Shown: positions 25,620 through 37,685 of the stretch, in pieces | Position numbering within the stretch: position 1 is the first letter of the stretch | Layout of the letters: every line of letters begins with the position of its first letter | Assembly: GCA_951406725.2 (NCBI GenBank) | Contig: OX597827.1 | Coordinates: forward strand, 39,370,001-39,434,000 | Reading direction: 5' to 3' | Length of the DNA stretch: 64,000 nt | Origin: Octopus vulgaris | Lineage: Eukaryota | Made by a program: the position numbers and the translations under genes | The notes under the pieces: model-generated | Database searches by the model: none | The model's input: only the letters and a program-made list of their open reading frames with translations | What the model was told of the DNA's origin: nothing

Positions 25620-26349
25620 GGTAGCTGGCAGAATTGTTAATATGCCAGATGAAATGCTTAGCAGCATTTCACTTGTTGCTACGTTCTAAGTTCAAATTCT
25701 GCCGAGGTCAACTTTACTTTTCATTTTTTTGGAGTCAATAAATTATGTACCAGTAGAAAACTGAGGTGAATGCAATCAACTAGTCCTCTCCCTGAAAATA
25801 TCAGGCCTTGTGTCTTTAGTAGAAAGGATTATCATCATTATTATTACTATTATTTGAGGGGCAGAGTAGTAGAAGCAATAAACATGCCTTACAACATTTA
25901 GTTTCAACCTCCTGTGTTCTGTGTTTGAATTCCACTAGGGTCACTAGCTTTTTATCTCATTCTTCAACAAAATAAGCACTGAATTGGAATTGCTTCCACC
26001 ATCATTTACACTCCATTGCCACCTCCTCCTTCAGATTTGTGGCTTTCTGCCAATGTAAGAAATAATTGCTAATTTAGCACTGTTGTGTTGCTTGAAGACT
26101 GGGTTTTTGGATTAGCTTCCACTGAATTTCTGCCAGTGCCAAGGAATGTGGCTCTATGCAGTTGTTTGATGTGTCAGAAATTGCAACTAAAGTCTGTCAA
26201 TTCAAACTTTATTATCTTAGAAAAAGACATTGGATAGTTTGGTTGTGGATTCCTTGCACATAGTGAAAATACAGGATGGTTACACGGAATGGCTATGGTT
26301 GGAATGTCTTTGATTATATATAGATTTGTTTGATCAGGGCTGGTGTGCA

Positions 26350-26790
26350 GCTAAACAACAACAGCAACAGCAAAAACAGCAACACCACCAACACCAACAG
26401 CAACACCAACAGCAACACCAACAGCAACACCAACAGCAACACCAACAATAGCAACAGTAATAGCAACAATAACAATACCAACAACAACTGCAGTGGCAGC
26501 AGCAGTAAAAGCAAGAAGAAAGAGGAGGAGGGGGAGGAGGAGAAGGAGGAGGAGGAGAAGAAGAAGAAGAAGAAGAAGAAGAAGAAGAAGAAGAAGAAGA
26601 AGAAGAAGAAGAAGAAGGAGGAGGAGGAGAAGAAGAAGATGAAGAAGAAGACGAAGAAGAAGAAGGAGAAGAAGAAGAAGAAGACGAAGAAGACGACAAC
26701 GACGATGAAGAAGAAGAAGAAGAAGAACAACAACAACTGCAGCAGTACCAGCAAAAACAATAACAACAACAACAAACAACAACAACATCT
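26350..26790. repeat. compound triplet microsatellite: (AACAGCAACACC)n, GAG, GAA and AAC runs
   Basis: Direct inspection; explains four low-complexity ORFs. Confidence 0.95.
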
Positions 26791-26905
26791 ATTGCTGAAT
26801 CTCCTTTAGTCCTTAAGGTATTTTGATGTGACCGCCACCATAAATTCTGTTAGAATATGAAAGAAGAAGATATTGCAAGTGTGAGATGTCAACTGTTTCA
26901 CTCAC

Positions 26906-26931
26906 GCACGCTCAAGCTCACAAGACCATTT
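26906..26931 (-). CDS. candidate 26-nt micro-exon
   Basis: tttcttattgttaacag|AAATGGTCTTGTGAGCTTGAGCGTGC|gtgagt, with a canonical acceptor and a strong donor. Confidence 0.4.
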
Positions 26932-28009
26932 CTGTTAACAATAAGAAATGAATACTTCACCCCATGCAGTGAGTCTCCTCTCAGACAGTATTCTAATTAC
27001 TCTGTAGCTATCTGTCTACCTAAGTATTCGTTAGTGTCAAAGGAGGGGAGGGAGGGAGGCAGGTGGTGGTATGTGTGGGGTTACTCAAGACTAACTAGGC
27101 GAGTGGTGCTTGATAAGGAAACAAGATGGGAAGGAGGCAGGCAGGGGGTGGGGCAGGGTTAGGCTGAGTTAATGAGAAATTAGCTAGAACAACAATATTG
27201 GTAACATCAGCTTTGGTAACAACTACGGCAGGTAGTAACACTATCAACGGAACCCATCGCAGAGTCTCTTCACGGTCTCTTGGTTTGCTAGAAATAGCAG
27301 TGGAATAATTCTCAAACTACACCTTATCACTTTACAAATAAAAGGTATTAAATACACTTGTAGTTTTAGATACACTATGTCTGAAAAAAAGGAGAAAATA
27401 ATACAGGGTGAACACGGTTAGAATATCTTGGATTGAAATTCTTGCTTGATCGGTGCTATTTTGGTGCTTTGTGCCCGGGGATGGTGGAGGTATTAAGGGA
27501 GAGAGGGCAGAGCAGGTTTCTGTAGAGGTATTTGTATGGCTAGTCACATAAGCCACACACACACACACACACAAACACAAACACATTTTGGTGAGATGAA
27601 TAAACTTCAATCAACTGAGATTGCAATTAGGAGACAAAATCTTCCTCTATACGTGTTGGAAATCTAAAAATGAACAGCTCCAATAACATCAGATAATTCA
27701 AATTTTTGGTAAAACAAAGATAATGCAGTCAAGAATGGATTTTGTCTTTAAAAGCCAAAGTTGTAAAAACAACAGACATGCTTTGATGTTAAACCTCCTC
27801 AGCAAAACATCTCCAGCTCAGATGGCAAGACTAAGAGAGGATCAATGTATATAGAATACATAATTCATATACATAATCAATGTATATAGAATACATAATT
27901 ATGAATATCAACAGGATAAATATGCTGTCAGTCCTCTGATATAGCTCTAGTATATTTGAAGGATGACATTGTTTAAGATTGAATACTTTCCCATATGTAC
28001 TTGGTCATC

Positions 28010-28640
28010 AGCCAAACAGCTTCTGATTCAAGTCAACACCCAAACAACTTGTGAACTCAGTCAAATATCCAAGTAATTTTCAAAAACACAATCAATACTT
28101 ATGCAACCTATGTAGTCAACCAATACCAAGCATCATTTTAGCTATTTCCAAATCAAAGCAACTTTTGAAATCTGTGACATGTTTAAGTACTTTTTAACTC
28201 AGCCTGTGGCTGAATAAATCTATTAAAAAAAAAAATTTCTGCATCTAGTCAATGGTTGATATATGTATAAACCCAGGCTATAATCAAGTTAAAATTCAAT
28301 CATGGTTTAATAATTGAACTCACCTGATACACCAAGCAACCTTTGAACTCTTGAACTCAGTCAATACACCAAGCAACCTATGAATCCAGTCAATGTTTCA
28401 AGAAACTTCTGAACTCAGATGGTGATGGTATTCAAAAGTCACTTTTGAATACCATCAATGACTCCAAACAACTTTTAAACAAATCAATAGCTCCAAGCAA
28501 CTTCTGAATGTGTTCAATGTTTCAAGCAACTTGTAAACTCAAGCAACACCAAAGTAACTTCTGAACACATTCAACAACTTCAAGCAACTTCTGAACTCAG
28601 TGAGAGCTCTAAGCAACTTCTAAATTCAGTCAATAGCAAA
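28010..28640. repeat. degenerate ~30-bp tandem repeat (consensus ~caagcaacttctgaactcagtcaatrnt)
   Basis: Many successive units. Further units resume after inserted elements at ~28890-28930 and ~29775-29860. Confidence 0.8.
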
Positions 28641-28844
28641 ATGACCTGTGCTGGTGGCCTGACTGGCCCCCGTACTGGTGGCACGTAAAAGCACCCACTA
28701 CACTCTCGGAGTGGTTGGCATTAGGAAGGGCATCCAGCTGTAGAAACTCTGCCAAATCAAGATTGGAGACTGGTGCAACCATCTGGTTTGCCAGCCCTCA
28801 GTCAAAATCGTTCAACCCATACTAGCATTGAAAGCGGACGTTAA

Positions 28845-28862
<18 letters not shown>
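28640..28862 (+). mobile_element. SINE/non-autonomous retroposon family G with RTE-like 3' end ending ggacgttaaa(TGA)n
   Basis: ggttggcattaggaagggcatccagctgtagaaactctgcc...aacccatactagcattgaaagcggacgttaaatgatgatg. Related pieces at ~16595(-), 20490, 39270, 54860 and 62935(-). Confidence 0.75.
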
Positions 28863-28882
<20 letters not shown>

Positions 28883-29096
28883 AATGATGAACACAGTCAA
28901 TGGTTGCAAGCATTCTCTAAAATCAGTAAGTATTGGTTTCAAATTTTGGCACAAGACCAGCAATTTCGTGGAAGGGGATAAGTCAATTACATTAAGCTCA
29001 GTGCTTAACAGGTAATTATTTTATTGACCCTGAAATGATGAAAGGCAAAGTCGACTTCAGTGAAATTTGAATTCAGAACATAATGACAGATGAAAT

Positions 29097-29720
29097 GGTC
29101 CTTCGAGTAAAACCACCAATAGAAGAGAATATGACCAAGAACTGCATGTACTCCATCCCATGCAGCTGTGGTAAGTTATACAAAGGCGAAACATGCCGCC
29201 CCCTCAAAATAAGGGTAGGAGAATATCGCAAAGCTGTGACACGGGGAGATATTGATAAATCGAGTATAGCTGATCATGTATAGAAAAATGGAGACCACCT
29301 CCCCCTGTGGGATGAAGCTAAAATAATAGACAGAGAACACCACTGGAAAATACGAAAACTAAAAGAAGTAGCACGTATGCTAGGACACAACAACCTTCTA
29401 AGCAGACCGAGTGCAGATATGAACAGCATATGGGAACCAGTATTAAGGAAGGATAGGAGAATATTAGATTTGTAAGCCCTAAAATTCACTCCATAATTGC
29501 CCATGGGGATATGGCGTAGTGGTTAAGAGTGTGGACTACTAACCCCAAGATTCCAAGTTCGATTCCAGGCAGTGACCTTAATAATAATAACAACATCAAA
29601 AAAATACTTTAGGAATGAGAACCCAGGTTCAAAATTTCCCCAAGACACCTGATGAAGGCTTGGAGGGTATTATCAGCTGAAACAAGATGAGGACAAATAT
29701 CTGTCAAATATAAATAATGT
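29097..29720 (+). mobile_element. Penelope-like retroelement 3' fragment (GIY-YIG endonuclease pseudogene and terminal region)
   Basis: NCMYSIPCSCGKLYKGETCRPLKIRVGEYRKAV...KSSIADHV*KNGDHLPLWDEAKIIDREHHWKIRKLKEVARM. 9-bp TSD agatgaaat at 29088-29096 and 29721-29729. Confidence 0.9.
29505..29576 (+). promoter_or_regulatory. tRNA-derived Pol III promoter module (A box and B box) within the Penelope fragment
   Basis: A box tggcgtagtgg at 29512-29522 and B box gttcgattcc at 29557-29566. No intact acceptor stem. Confidence 0.7.
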
Positions 29721-29997
29721 AGATGAAATACTGCTCAGCATTTTGCCTGGCATTCTAAAAATTCTGCCAACTCACAAGCAATTTTTGAACTCAGTGTACA
29801 AGAAACTTTTGAATCAGGTTGACACCCTGCACAAGAATCAGTTCTCTCTGAATTCAACCCTTAGTTCCTTGCAGTTAACAACACCTTTTGGGGTTTCTGC
29901 TTGTTTATTTATTTTTCTTATTCGTTACCTCCTTTTCCACTTAGTCACAGAAAATAAAAAAAAAAGAAGGTTGCTTTCCCCACTGTCTCCTACTCAC

Positions 29998-30074
29998 TCA
30001 GGTTTTCTTAATGCTGAATATAGCAACAATATGAATAGCAGATGCATCATGAAATCTACTGCCTTTTCACTCAT
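29998..30074 (-). CDS. candidate first coding exon (signal-peptide-like)
   Basis: ATG...MSEKAVDFMMHLLFILLLYSALRKP+ga|gtgagt donor. Phase-compatible with the 26-nt micro-exon (ENGLVSLSV). Confidence 0.3.
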
Positions 30075-30419
30075 GCAACCCCCCAATAAGGGCCTTTAAC
30101 TCCCACTTCCCCCCACTCACTCTCCTTCTCTGAACTGATTGAGTTTCATGTTTCAAGTTTCAGAACATGTGCGTGTATTGTTGGAAACAGAAAGGAAAAC
30201 TACAAATCTCAGCCTGTCTGTTTGTGTCAATTTCTTCCTCTTGTATATATACACACAGGCACTCACACAAATACAGGCAAATGCACAGAAAGACTTAATA
30301 TACCAACACTCAGACACATTTACATACATATATAAATACATACATATGTACATACAAACATACACAAACACTGAATTCACATGTACACAAACACACACAT
30401 ATACAAGTATCTCCCCTCC

Positions 30420-30473
<54 letters not shown>

Positions 30474-30836
30474 ATATATATATATATATATGTATGTATT
30501 TAAATATAAATTTGTAATGTAAATATATGGATTCATAGAATTATGTGGCTTTCACAGAAAACTCCTCTAACAGCCAGTCATTAATCCTAAGGATGTCAAG
30601 TGGTTAAATAAATATAGTCATCTCTCATAACTCCTGACATTTATAGTTTATATATATATATATATATAAGATCCAGGGATTGAGGTGTAGGAAGAAAGTT
30701 AGATTCATTTAATCAAGATATCCTTGGCCTGAAGAGTAGCCTACGATATACACCTCACTTAGATATTTACCACTTCTGAGGTTCTGCTCACTATGTAGCC
30801 CAGATCTTATCTACTCCTTTCCTTAACTCTTATATA

Positions 30837-31379
30837 TCTCTTATTATAAAAGGCAGATTTTATCTGCCTCCCTTTGTAACTTATAGAAATCTACAATATA
30901 GGATTTCTTCAATTACAATTTACCTAGCATTTTTAAGAGTAGAATGCATCGGGTCATGCCAGGTCCAGTTTTTAAAATTTAAACTCCAATTAAGCAAAAT
31001 TTACAGAAAACTCACAATCTGGTGTGTATGTCAAATGCTTTTCTTAATGTGGTTTACACCACACGCACACACACAGTGTGCAACGAATAAAATGAAAGTA
31101 AATAGCGACAGAGTGATTTGAGGAAGACTAAACTGAAAGTATTTAAACCACTACTCAAAAAATAAAAAAACACAGCAAACAGAAACAAATAAATACATAA
31201 CGATTTACTCCTCACACAATTTCTTCAATTAGAGTTTACCTAAGATTTTTCAAAGTACTCCATTCGGTCATGCCATAATATATTTCTTTCAATTTCACCC
31301 CCAATTAAGACAAAATTCGAGAAAACTCAATATTTTAACATTTCACTCCGAAAGCATTGATGTACATGTGTGCGTGCAT

Positions 31380-31436
<57 letters not shown>

Positions 31437-32521
31437 ATGGGTTGTGCGACACAGAAAGTGTGGTGTGTAAGTGAAGTGCTTTTGTTAGTGAGTGTAAAGA
31501 GACAGACAGAGTGAAAGACAGAAATAACTGAACTTTTTTTATTCACTTTTTGTAGTGAGTGACTGAGAGAGAAAAGAGAGAGAGAGGTTATGTATGTATA
31601 TATGTATGTATGGCTTCAGTGACACACACACACAAAAACACATACCTACGTACACCTAAAGCACGCACACACACACACACAAGCGGAGCGCGAACTTCAA
31701 AATTTTGGTAGTATTAATTTGCGAGTGTACTTCTAAGCGCGCGTAATTGAAAGTTTTCACTATGATATCATCACGTGCGAAAAAATTCGAAGGGTTTTGA
31801 ACAATTGAGATACAGATGTCACGCCTGTATTGTAACCATTGCTAAGCTGCCGTAATTGCTTAATTAAGACTTTGTTTAAATTGAAAGGGGCAAATATGTG
31901 ACGAGGTTGAAAAAAAATACCCCAGAAAAAAAATGTACTGCTGGTATTTATATAATTCACTACTATTTTGCTACAATGTCATGAAAAAGAAAAAAATTTA
32001 GGTATGTAAATCGAATTCGCCACCCCCTTTTCCCCGTTCGCGTTTGTGTAAAAAAAAATATTATTTAAGTTTTAAAAATTATTTACTTTGTTTAAAAAAT
32101 ATTAATATTAATTAATTTTCAAGAATTATTTAATTTTATTCTGTAAAATAGTAATTAATTCATTTATCTGTAAATCCGCGAGGCTGTTACTCAGGCACCT
32201 AGAATGGTAACCTTCAACTAACACTATCTCCTCCGAGACCCTGCGGCGCAAGTTGACCAAAATTGAGTATGGTAGAAGAAGGGTTGCTCTTCCTTCCGTA
32301 GAACATAAAATTCAAATCGGACCATGTTAACACCAAAAATTATTTACATCAAAAAGATGCTTTTTTCTATGAAAATCCCTATTTTTTACGATTTTTTCAC
32401 TGCTGTGTCGCCACTTTTCGGTGTATTTCGACCAGAAAAATGTTCACAAAATTTTTACTTTTCAAAATTACAATTCCAGCGGGTCGAAACAAACCCAAGC
32501 AACGCCGGGCGATACTGCTAG
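30837..32521 (+). mobile_element. non-autonomous Helitron (~1.7 kb)
   Basis: Starts a|TCtcttattataaaa and ends with hairpin cccaagcaacgccggg then CTAG|t. No TSD. CpG-rich relative to flanks. Diverged internal direct repeat ~30903-31020 / ~31220-31330. Confidence 0.8.
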
Positions 32522-32537
32522 TATATATATATATATA

Positions 32538-32890
32538 CTAGTACTATGACCCGGCAACACCGGATCATAGTGCTAGTGCATGCATATACAGCTGCGTGCA
32601 TGCACACATACATGCGAGTACTGTCCAAATCTCTGACCAATCACATACAGCTAGCTGGCATATCAAGTTTTGGGCATTTTGATTGGGTTTTGGATAGAAA
32701 ATTCACAAAAAAGTCACTTCTATTGATTTTTTAATAGCTTTATGGGGTGACTGGGGAAATGTAAAGATGTGCACGGCCATCCTTGGACGGTTTTGAATGA
32801 CCATAGAAAGTGCGAGCACTCTAACTGAAAAATTGTGGATTTGTATAAAGGACACGCACGCAGACGTTTTGCCGTTTATATATATAGAGA
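32538..32890 (-). mobile_element. short non-autonomous Helitron (~350 bp)
   Basis: Reverse strand begins a|TCtctatatatataaacggc and ends ...ccggtgttgccgggtcatagtaCTAG|t. Confidence 0.8.
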
Positions 32891-32949
32891 TATATATAGC
32901 TAGCTAGATATATACATACATACACATACACACAAACAAATATATATAT

Positions 32950-33032
<83 letters not shown>

Positions 33033-33539
33033 CATGCATTCATACATATATATAATATACATGCATACATGTGCACATATAGACATGTACATATTATTCT
33101 ACATACAACAACAACATGGCACCTGTATAATCTTTCTGAATAGTTGTTGATGATGGTGATGGTGATGGTGGTGGTGGTGGTGGTGGTGCATGAATTAGTT
33201 GGTTCTCACAGTTAGGAGATGAAGTTTTACAGTCTATTCTATTATTGTGTGTGTGTGTGTACATGTGTGCAAGTGCCTGCACATGTGTGTGCACCTGCAT
33301 GCATACATAATTTTGTCTGCGTGCAAGTGTCACCTGCATGCAGACTAAAGCATATATCCATGCAAGTGTGTTTGTGTGTGCATGCTAGTGTGCATGCATG
33401 TGGGGGGTGTATAAGCTAGTGGCTGTGTGAGTGTATGCACATGAAAGCGTGCTGTTTTGACAGAGATTGCCTTATATTTACCAATAGAAGAATGAACAAT
33501 AGCTGTCTGTCTCTGTGTATGTGTCACTGTCTACCTGCC

Positions 33540-34842
33540 TCCTGCCTCCTCCCTACTTCAAAGAAATCTACCTGTTTATTAATCAACTTATTTAACAACA
33601 TTTGTACCTAGTTATCTATCGAGTCTGTTTTCTATCTAGCTATTCATATATCTGTTAACTATTTATATCTCTCTACCTATCTACCTACCAACTTGCCTAT
33701 CTACCTAAATACCTATCTATCTACTTCATGCTTACTTAATAAATAGATACATCTATACCTATTCATCTGTCTTCTTACTTGTCTGCCCACCTCTCTTTCT
33801 ATCTATCTATCAATCTATGTTAGATATCTACCTAAAGATACACAGCTAAATAAACCTATATCCAAGCATCTGTCTGTGTGTCCATGCATGTGTTCGTCTG
33901 TGCATGCATCCATCTGTGCACCTGTCCATCCTTCAATCCACCCATCTACCTATCTATCAGTCAATCTAATTATAGGTATATCTACCAATCTACATATCTA
34001 CCTACCTAGGTACCCACCTGAAGACAGACACCTACAGTTGTCTGTCTGTCTGTCAAATCAGACTACCTAGCTACATACCTACATAAAGATAGATACATCT
34101 ATAATTGTCTGTCTGCCTGTCTGACAATCTGTCTCTCTGTCTGTCTATCCATCCATCCATCCATCATCTATTATGATTATAGGTATATCAACCTACCTAC
34201 ATATCCACTGAAAGATAGAGAGATACACCTATGTCTGTATGTCAGTCTGCCTGCCCGCCCATCCGTCCGTTTGTCCGTCTGTCTGTCTCTCTATTGTTAT
34301 TGTTTAGCGTAGCTATTCAGATATCTTTACAACACCTACAATGAAATCTGTGAATATTCTTCATCCTAAAGAATTATTTTCCCGAACCAAACCAAATTAC
34401 AAGAATCCAAATGAAGCAAGATAAAGAATAGGGAGACAGAAGTGAGATCAGAACAGGTGTATTATTTCAGCATAACAGCACTATTTTGGCAAAAGAAAAG
34501 AAAAGAAAGAAAAAAAGGAAAGATCAGCAGAAAATAGGGGCTCTGGTGGTAAGAAGATGAATAAGAAAGTTGCTGGGGTTAGGTAGGTAGAGGGCTGAAG
34601 AATATGTTATTAGGTTTCTAAAGAACTTCTCAAACTTCTGGCTCCCACCATACTGATGTGATAGCTTCTTTTCTGAGAAGCGTATTGCTTCAATACAGAT
34701 TATTTATATCAGGTAGGTATGAGGGATATAGAAAGATAGATAGGTAGATGTTCCTATATGCAGAGAGATAGATAGGTAGATGATAGATAGAAAGATAGAT
34801 ATGTAGGTTGATAGATAAATAGCTATGTAGATTGATAGATAA

Positions 34843-34886
<44 letters not shown>

Positions 34887-34987
34887 CTAAATAGATAGAT
34901 AGATAGAAAGATAGATAGATAGATAGAAAGATAGATAGATAGATAGATAGATAGGTAGATAGGTAGGTAGGTAGGTAGGTAGGTAGG

Positions 34988-35039
<52 letters not shown>

Positions 35040-35100
35040 CAGACAGATAGATAGATAGAAATTTGTATGTATGTACCTATCTATCTTAGTTAGGTAAGTA
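33540..35100. repeat. TCTA/TAGA-type tetranucleotide microsatellite fields in opposite orientations
   Basis: Degenerate (TCTA/CCTA)n at 33540-34290 and (TAGA/TAGG)n at 34730-35060. Confidence 0.85.
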
Positions 35101-35496
35101 GGGAGGTACACTTATAAAGAGATAGACAAAATATTTACATCAGGCTTTGATGTCTGGAGAAATACTTAGTATTATTTGTGGGTAAGGTTATAATTAACAT
35201 ACTAAGAATAAATGTTAAGACTGTGTCTGTTGACATCTCTCATTCTCAATTGGTTTCTTCTTCGAGTCAAATAGAGAACCTTTATGAAGTCAGTTATCTT
35301 GCTAGAAATAACAACCATATCTCCATGGAATTATACCGTTCTATCTTATAAAAGGTCTTTTTTGGATAATAATCATATTCTGGGTGCCCAGTATATCAGC
35401 TAAAGACAAGATGGTTACAATTGAAATGTCTTTGATTTGGACTAACCTGTGACTAAACAAATAAGACAAACCAAGCTATAGAAGAAGCCTCCATGA

Positions 35497-35632
35497 TAGG
35501 CATTGGCAACCTTTTACAAGAAGTGGGCCACGTGAGACATGGATCATCATGAGGTGAGCCACACTACAAAAAAAAAATTCAAGGCAGTTTTTCATTAGAC
35601 ACACAGGCTGCAGTTTGCCTATGATTGCTCTA
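35497..35632. mobile_element. possible hAT-like MITE
   Basis: Ends taggcattggcaacc ... ggctgcagtttgcctatgattg resemble hAT/Charlie-type termini. Degenerate. Confidence 0.35.
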
Positions 35633-35812
35633 AGTAGTTACACCACTAGCTATAAATAATGACCAAATCTCTCTCAAATCACACCCTACTATCTTAGAAA
35701 AGTTAACACTGGATAATTTGGTCCCATTTACTTGGCATATAGCAAAAAGATAGGATGACCATAGATGGTTTAAGTAAGGTCTGCATAAAATCATACATAA
35801 TAATAATAATAA

Positions 35813-36370
35813 TTGCCCTGATGCAATACCAGGCCCTGGCTCTCATGGCTTCTGATCTTAACTGATTGGAAGTGTTATTATGTACATTTCTTTTGTCTTG
35901 GTATAAAAGGTGGGCAGCAACAAATATTCTGCCCAATACCACAGATTTGCTAGTCAGTTGTTTGACCTTAACCAGTTGAGCATGTCCTTTGGTGGCTGAT
36001 AATATGTGCATCTCTGATCATGAGCAAAAGTAGTTGGGGAGCATCATAGCCATGTGTTGAGAGGGACTCTTTGGAGTTTGAATAATTCACTCCTGGAAAC
36101 ATGGGTGTTTCATTTAACATCCTTAAACAACTCTTATTCAAAAACCATTTGAGCAGGATTGGCTACTTGACCTGAAGAAAATTCTAACTGGACCCCACCT
36201 GCAAGGTCATGCGCTGTTTATCTTGATATGAGATCACCATGTTGCGCACATATGGTTGTGATGCATGTGCCTGGTGGATACTTATCAGATAAGTAGTATG
36301 ATGGGTATACTGGGCTTCGTATATTTTACCCCAGCGTCACTTTGATGACACACGCTGTTCTCTCACTCAA
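35813..36370 (-). mobile_element. interspersed repeat family F, full copy
   Basis: Reverse complement of 24913-25540 with an extended end; TAA repeats on both sides. Confidence 0.8.
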
Positions 36371-36380
36371 TAATAATAAT

Positions 36381-36497
36381 AGGCATATTGCCAGCCAATG
36401 TACATCACTAGCCCAGAAGGAATATAAGAGATGCCATGACAATATAGCCAGGCTTGTCCATTGGACACTTTGCAACAAGTATGGATTTGACAGAGCA
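36381..36497 (+). mobile_element. R4/Dong LINE internal fragment (CCHC knuckle / RHD motif)
   Basis: HIASQCTSLAQKEYKRCHDNIARLVHWTLCNKYGFDRA. Confidence 0.85.
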
Positions 36498-36515
36498 TGC
36501 ACTGTTCTCTCACTC

Positions 36516-36579
<64 letters not shown>

Positions 36580-36589
36580 GGTGGTTCAA

Positions 36590-36712
36590 CACTTTCAATA
36601 CAGTAACCATAAGAGCATCACAGCAAACCACAGCACATACTCAAGGCACACAGAGGTGCACTCGGTAGTGAAGTGAAAGCACGCTATAAAAATAAATAAA
36701 ACTACTGAATAA
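36590..36712 (+). mobile_element. R4/Dong LINE 3'UTR with (TAA)n tail
   Basis: Matches the reverse complement of 23789-23910. Confidence 0.85.
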
Positions 36713-37342
36713 TAATAATAATAGTAATAATAATAATTTCTAACTTATAATTAATGCTAAAAATTTAGGGGAGAGATTGGTCAATTGTATTAGCTCCAGA
36801 ATTTGAAAAGTACTTTATTTTATCAACTTTAGAAGGATGAAAAGCAAAGTCAACCCTTTGCAGGATTTGAGCTCAGGACATAAAATAAAGAGCTGTGACT
36901 CAGGAAAAAGCAATGTTTGTCTGCTGCTTCAACCATTCTGCTAATCAATTGCCCTTCTTCCTCCATTAACAATGATAATGATTTTCCATATATTTAAAAT
37001 CAGCTGAGTCATTGCTACTGCCATTATAGGAAATTAAAAAAGAACATGGATGTAGCACCATAATAGAAATTGTAGAATAGCATTTACTGACAACTTATTG
37101 GTACAAATATTTGTATGGTTTTTGCCAAGATTTATAAGATCACCTTGGTTAGAGTAAAACACACATCATACAGATAAAAGCAATACAACACATTTTTTTT
37201 TGTGTATGTATATGCTTGCATGAATTATATATTTTAATGTATGTCTGTGTGTGAGTGTGTGTGTGTGTGTGTGTGCGTGCAAGTGTGTATGTGTATATAT
37301 ATCATAACCCCCAAAGTATAACAGCACATGTGTGTGTATGTT

Positions 37343-37379
<37 letters not shown>

Positions 37380-37605
37380 ATATATAATATATATATGTGT
37401 ATGTATATAATATATATGCATGTGTATATCCTCATAATATAACAGCATATTTGTATGTGTGTGTGTATGTATGTATATATATATATATATATATATACAT
37501 ACATACATACATACACATGCACACAGCTACAGAGATGGGATATACATATTTTGTATGCATATATGTATTAAGTATGTATTGGTCTTGGTCGTGGTGTTTA
37601 TGTGT

Positions 37606-37685
<80 letters not shown>

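Larger units (their letters stand above)
28933..29775 (-). mobile_element. SINE family A copy split by a Penelope insertion
   Basis: SINE sequence 28933-29096 resumes at 29721-29775, with agatgaaat duplicated at both junctions. Confidence 0.85.

Noticed and set aside
28010-28640. CRISPR-like appearance of ~30-bp repeats
   Set aside because: Units are contiguous and degenerate, with no unique spacers, no cas genes and a eukaryotic context.
29505-29576. tRNA gene
   Set aside because: A and B boxes are present, but there is no convincing acceptor stem or downstream oligo-T terminator, and it lies within a retroelement.
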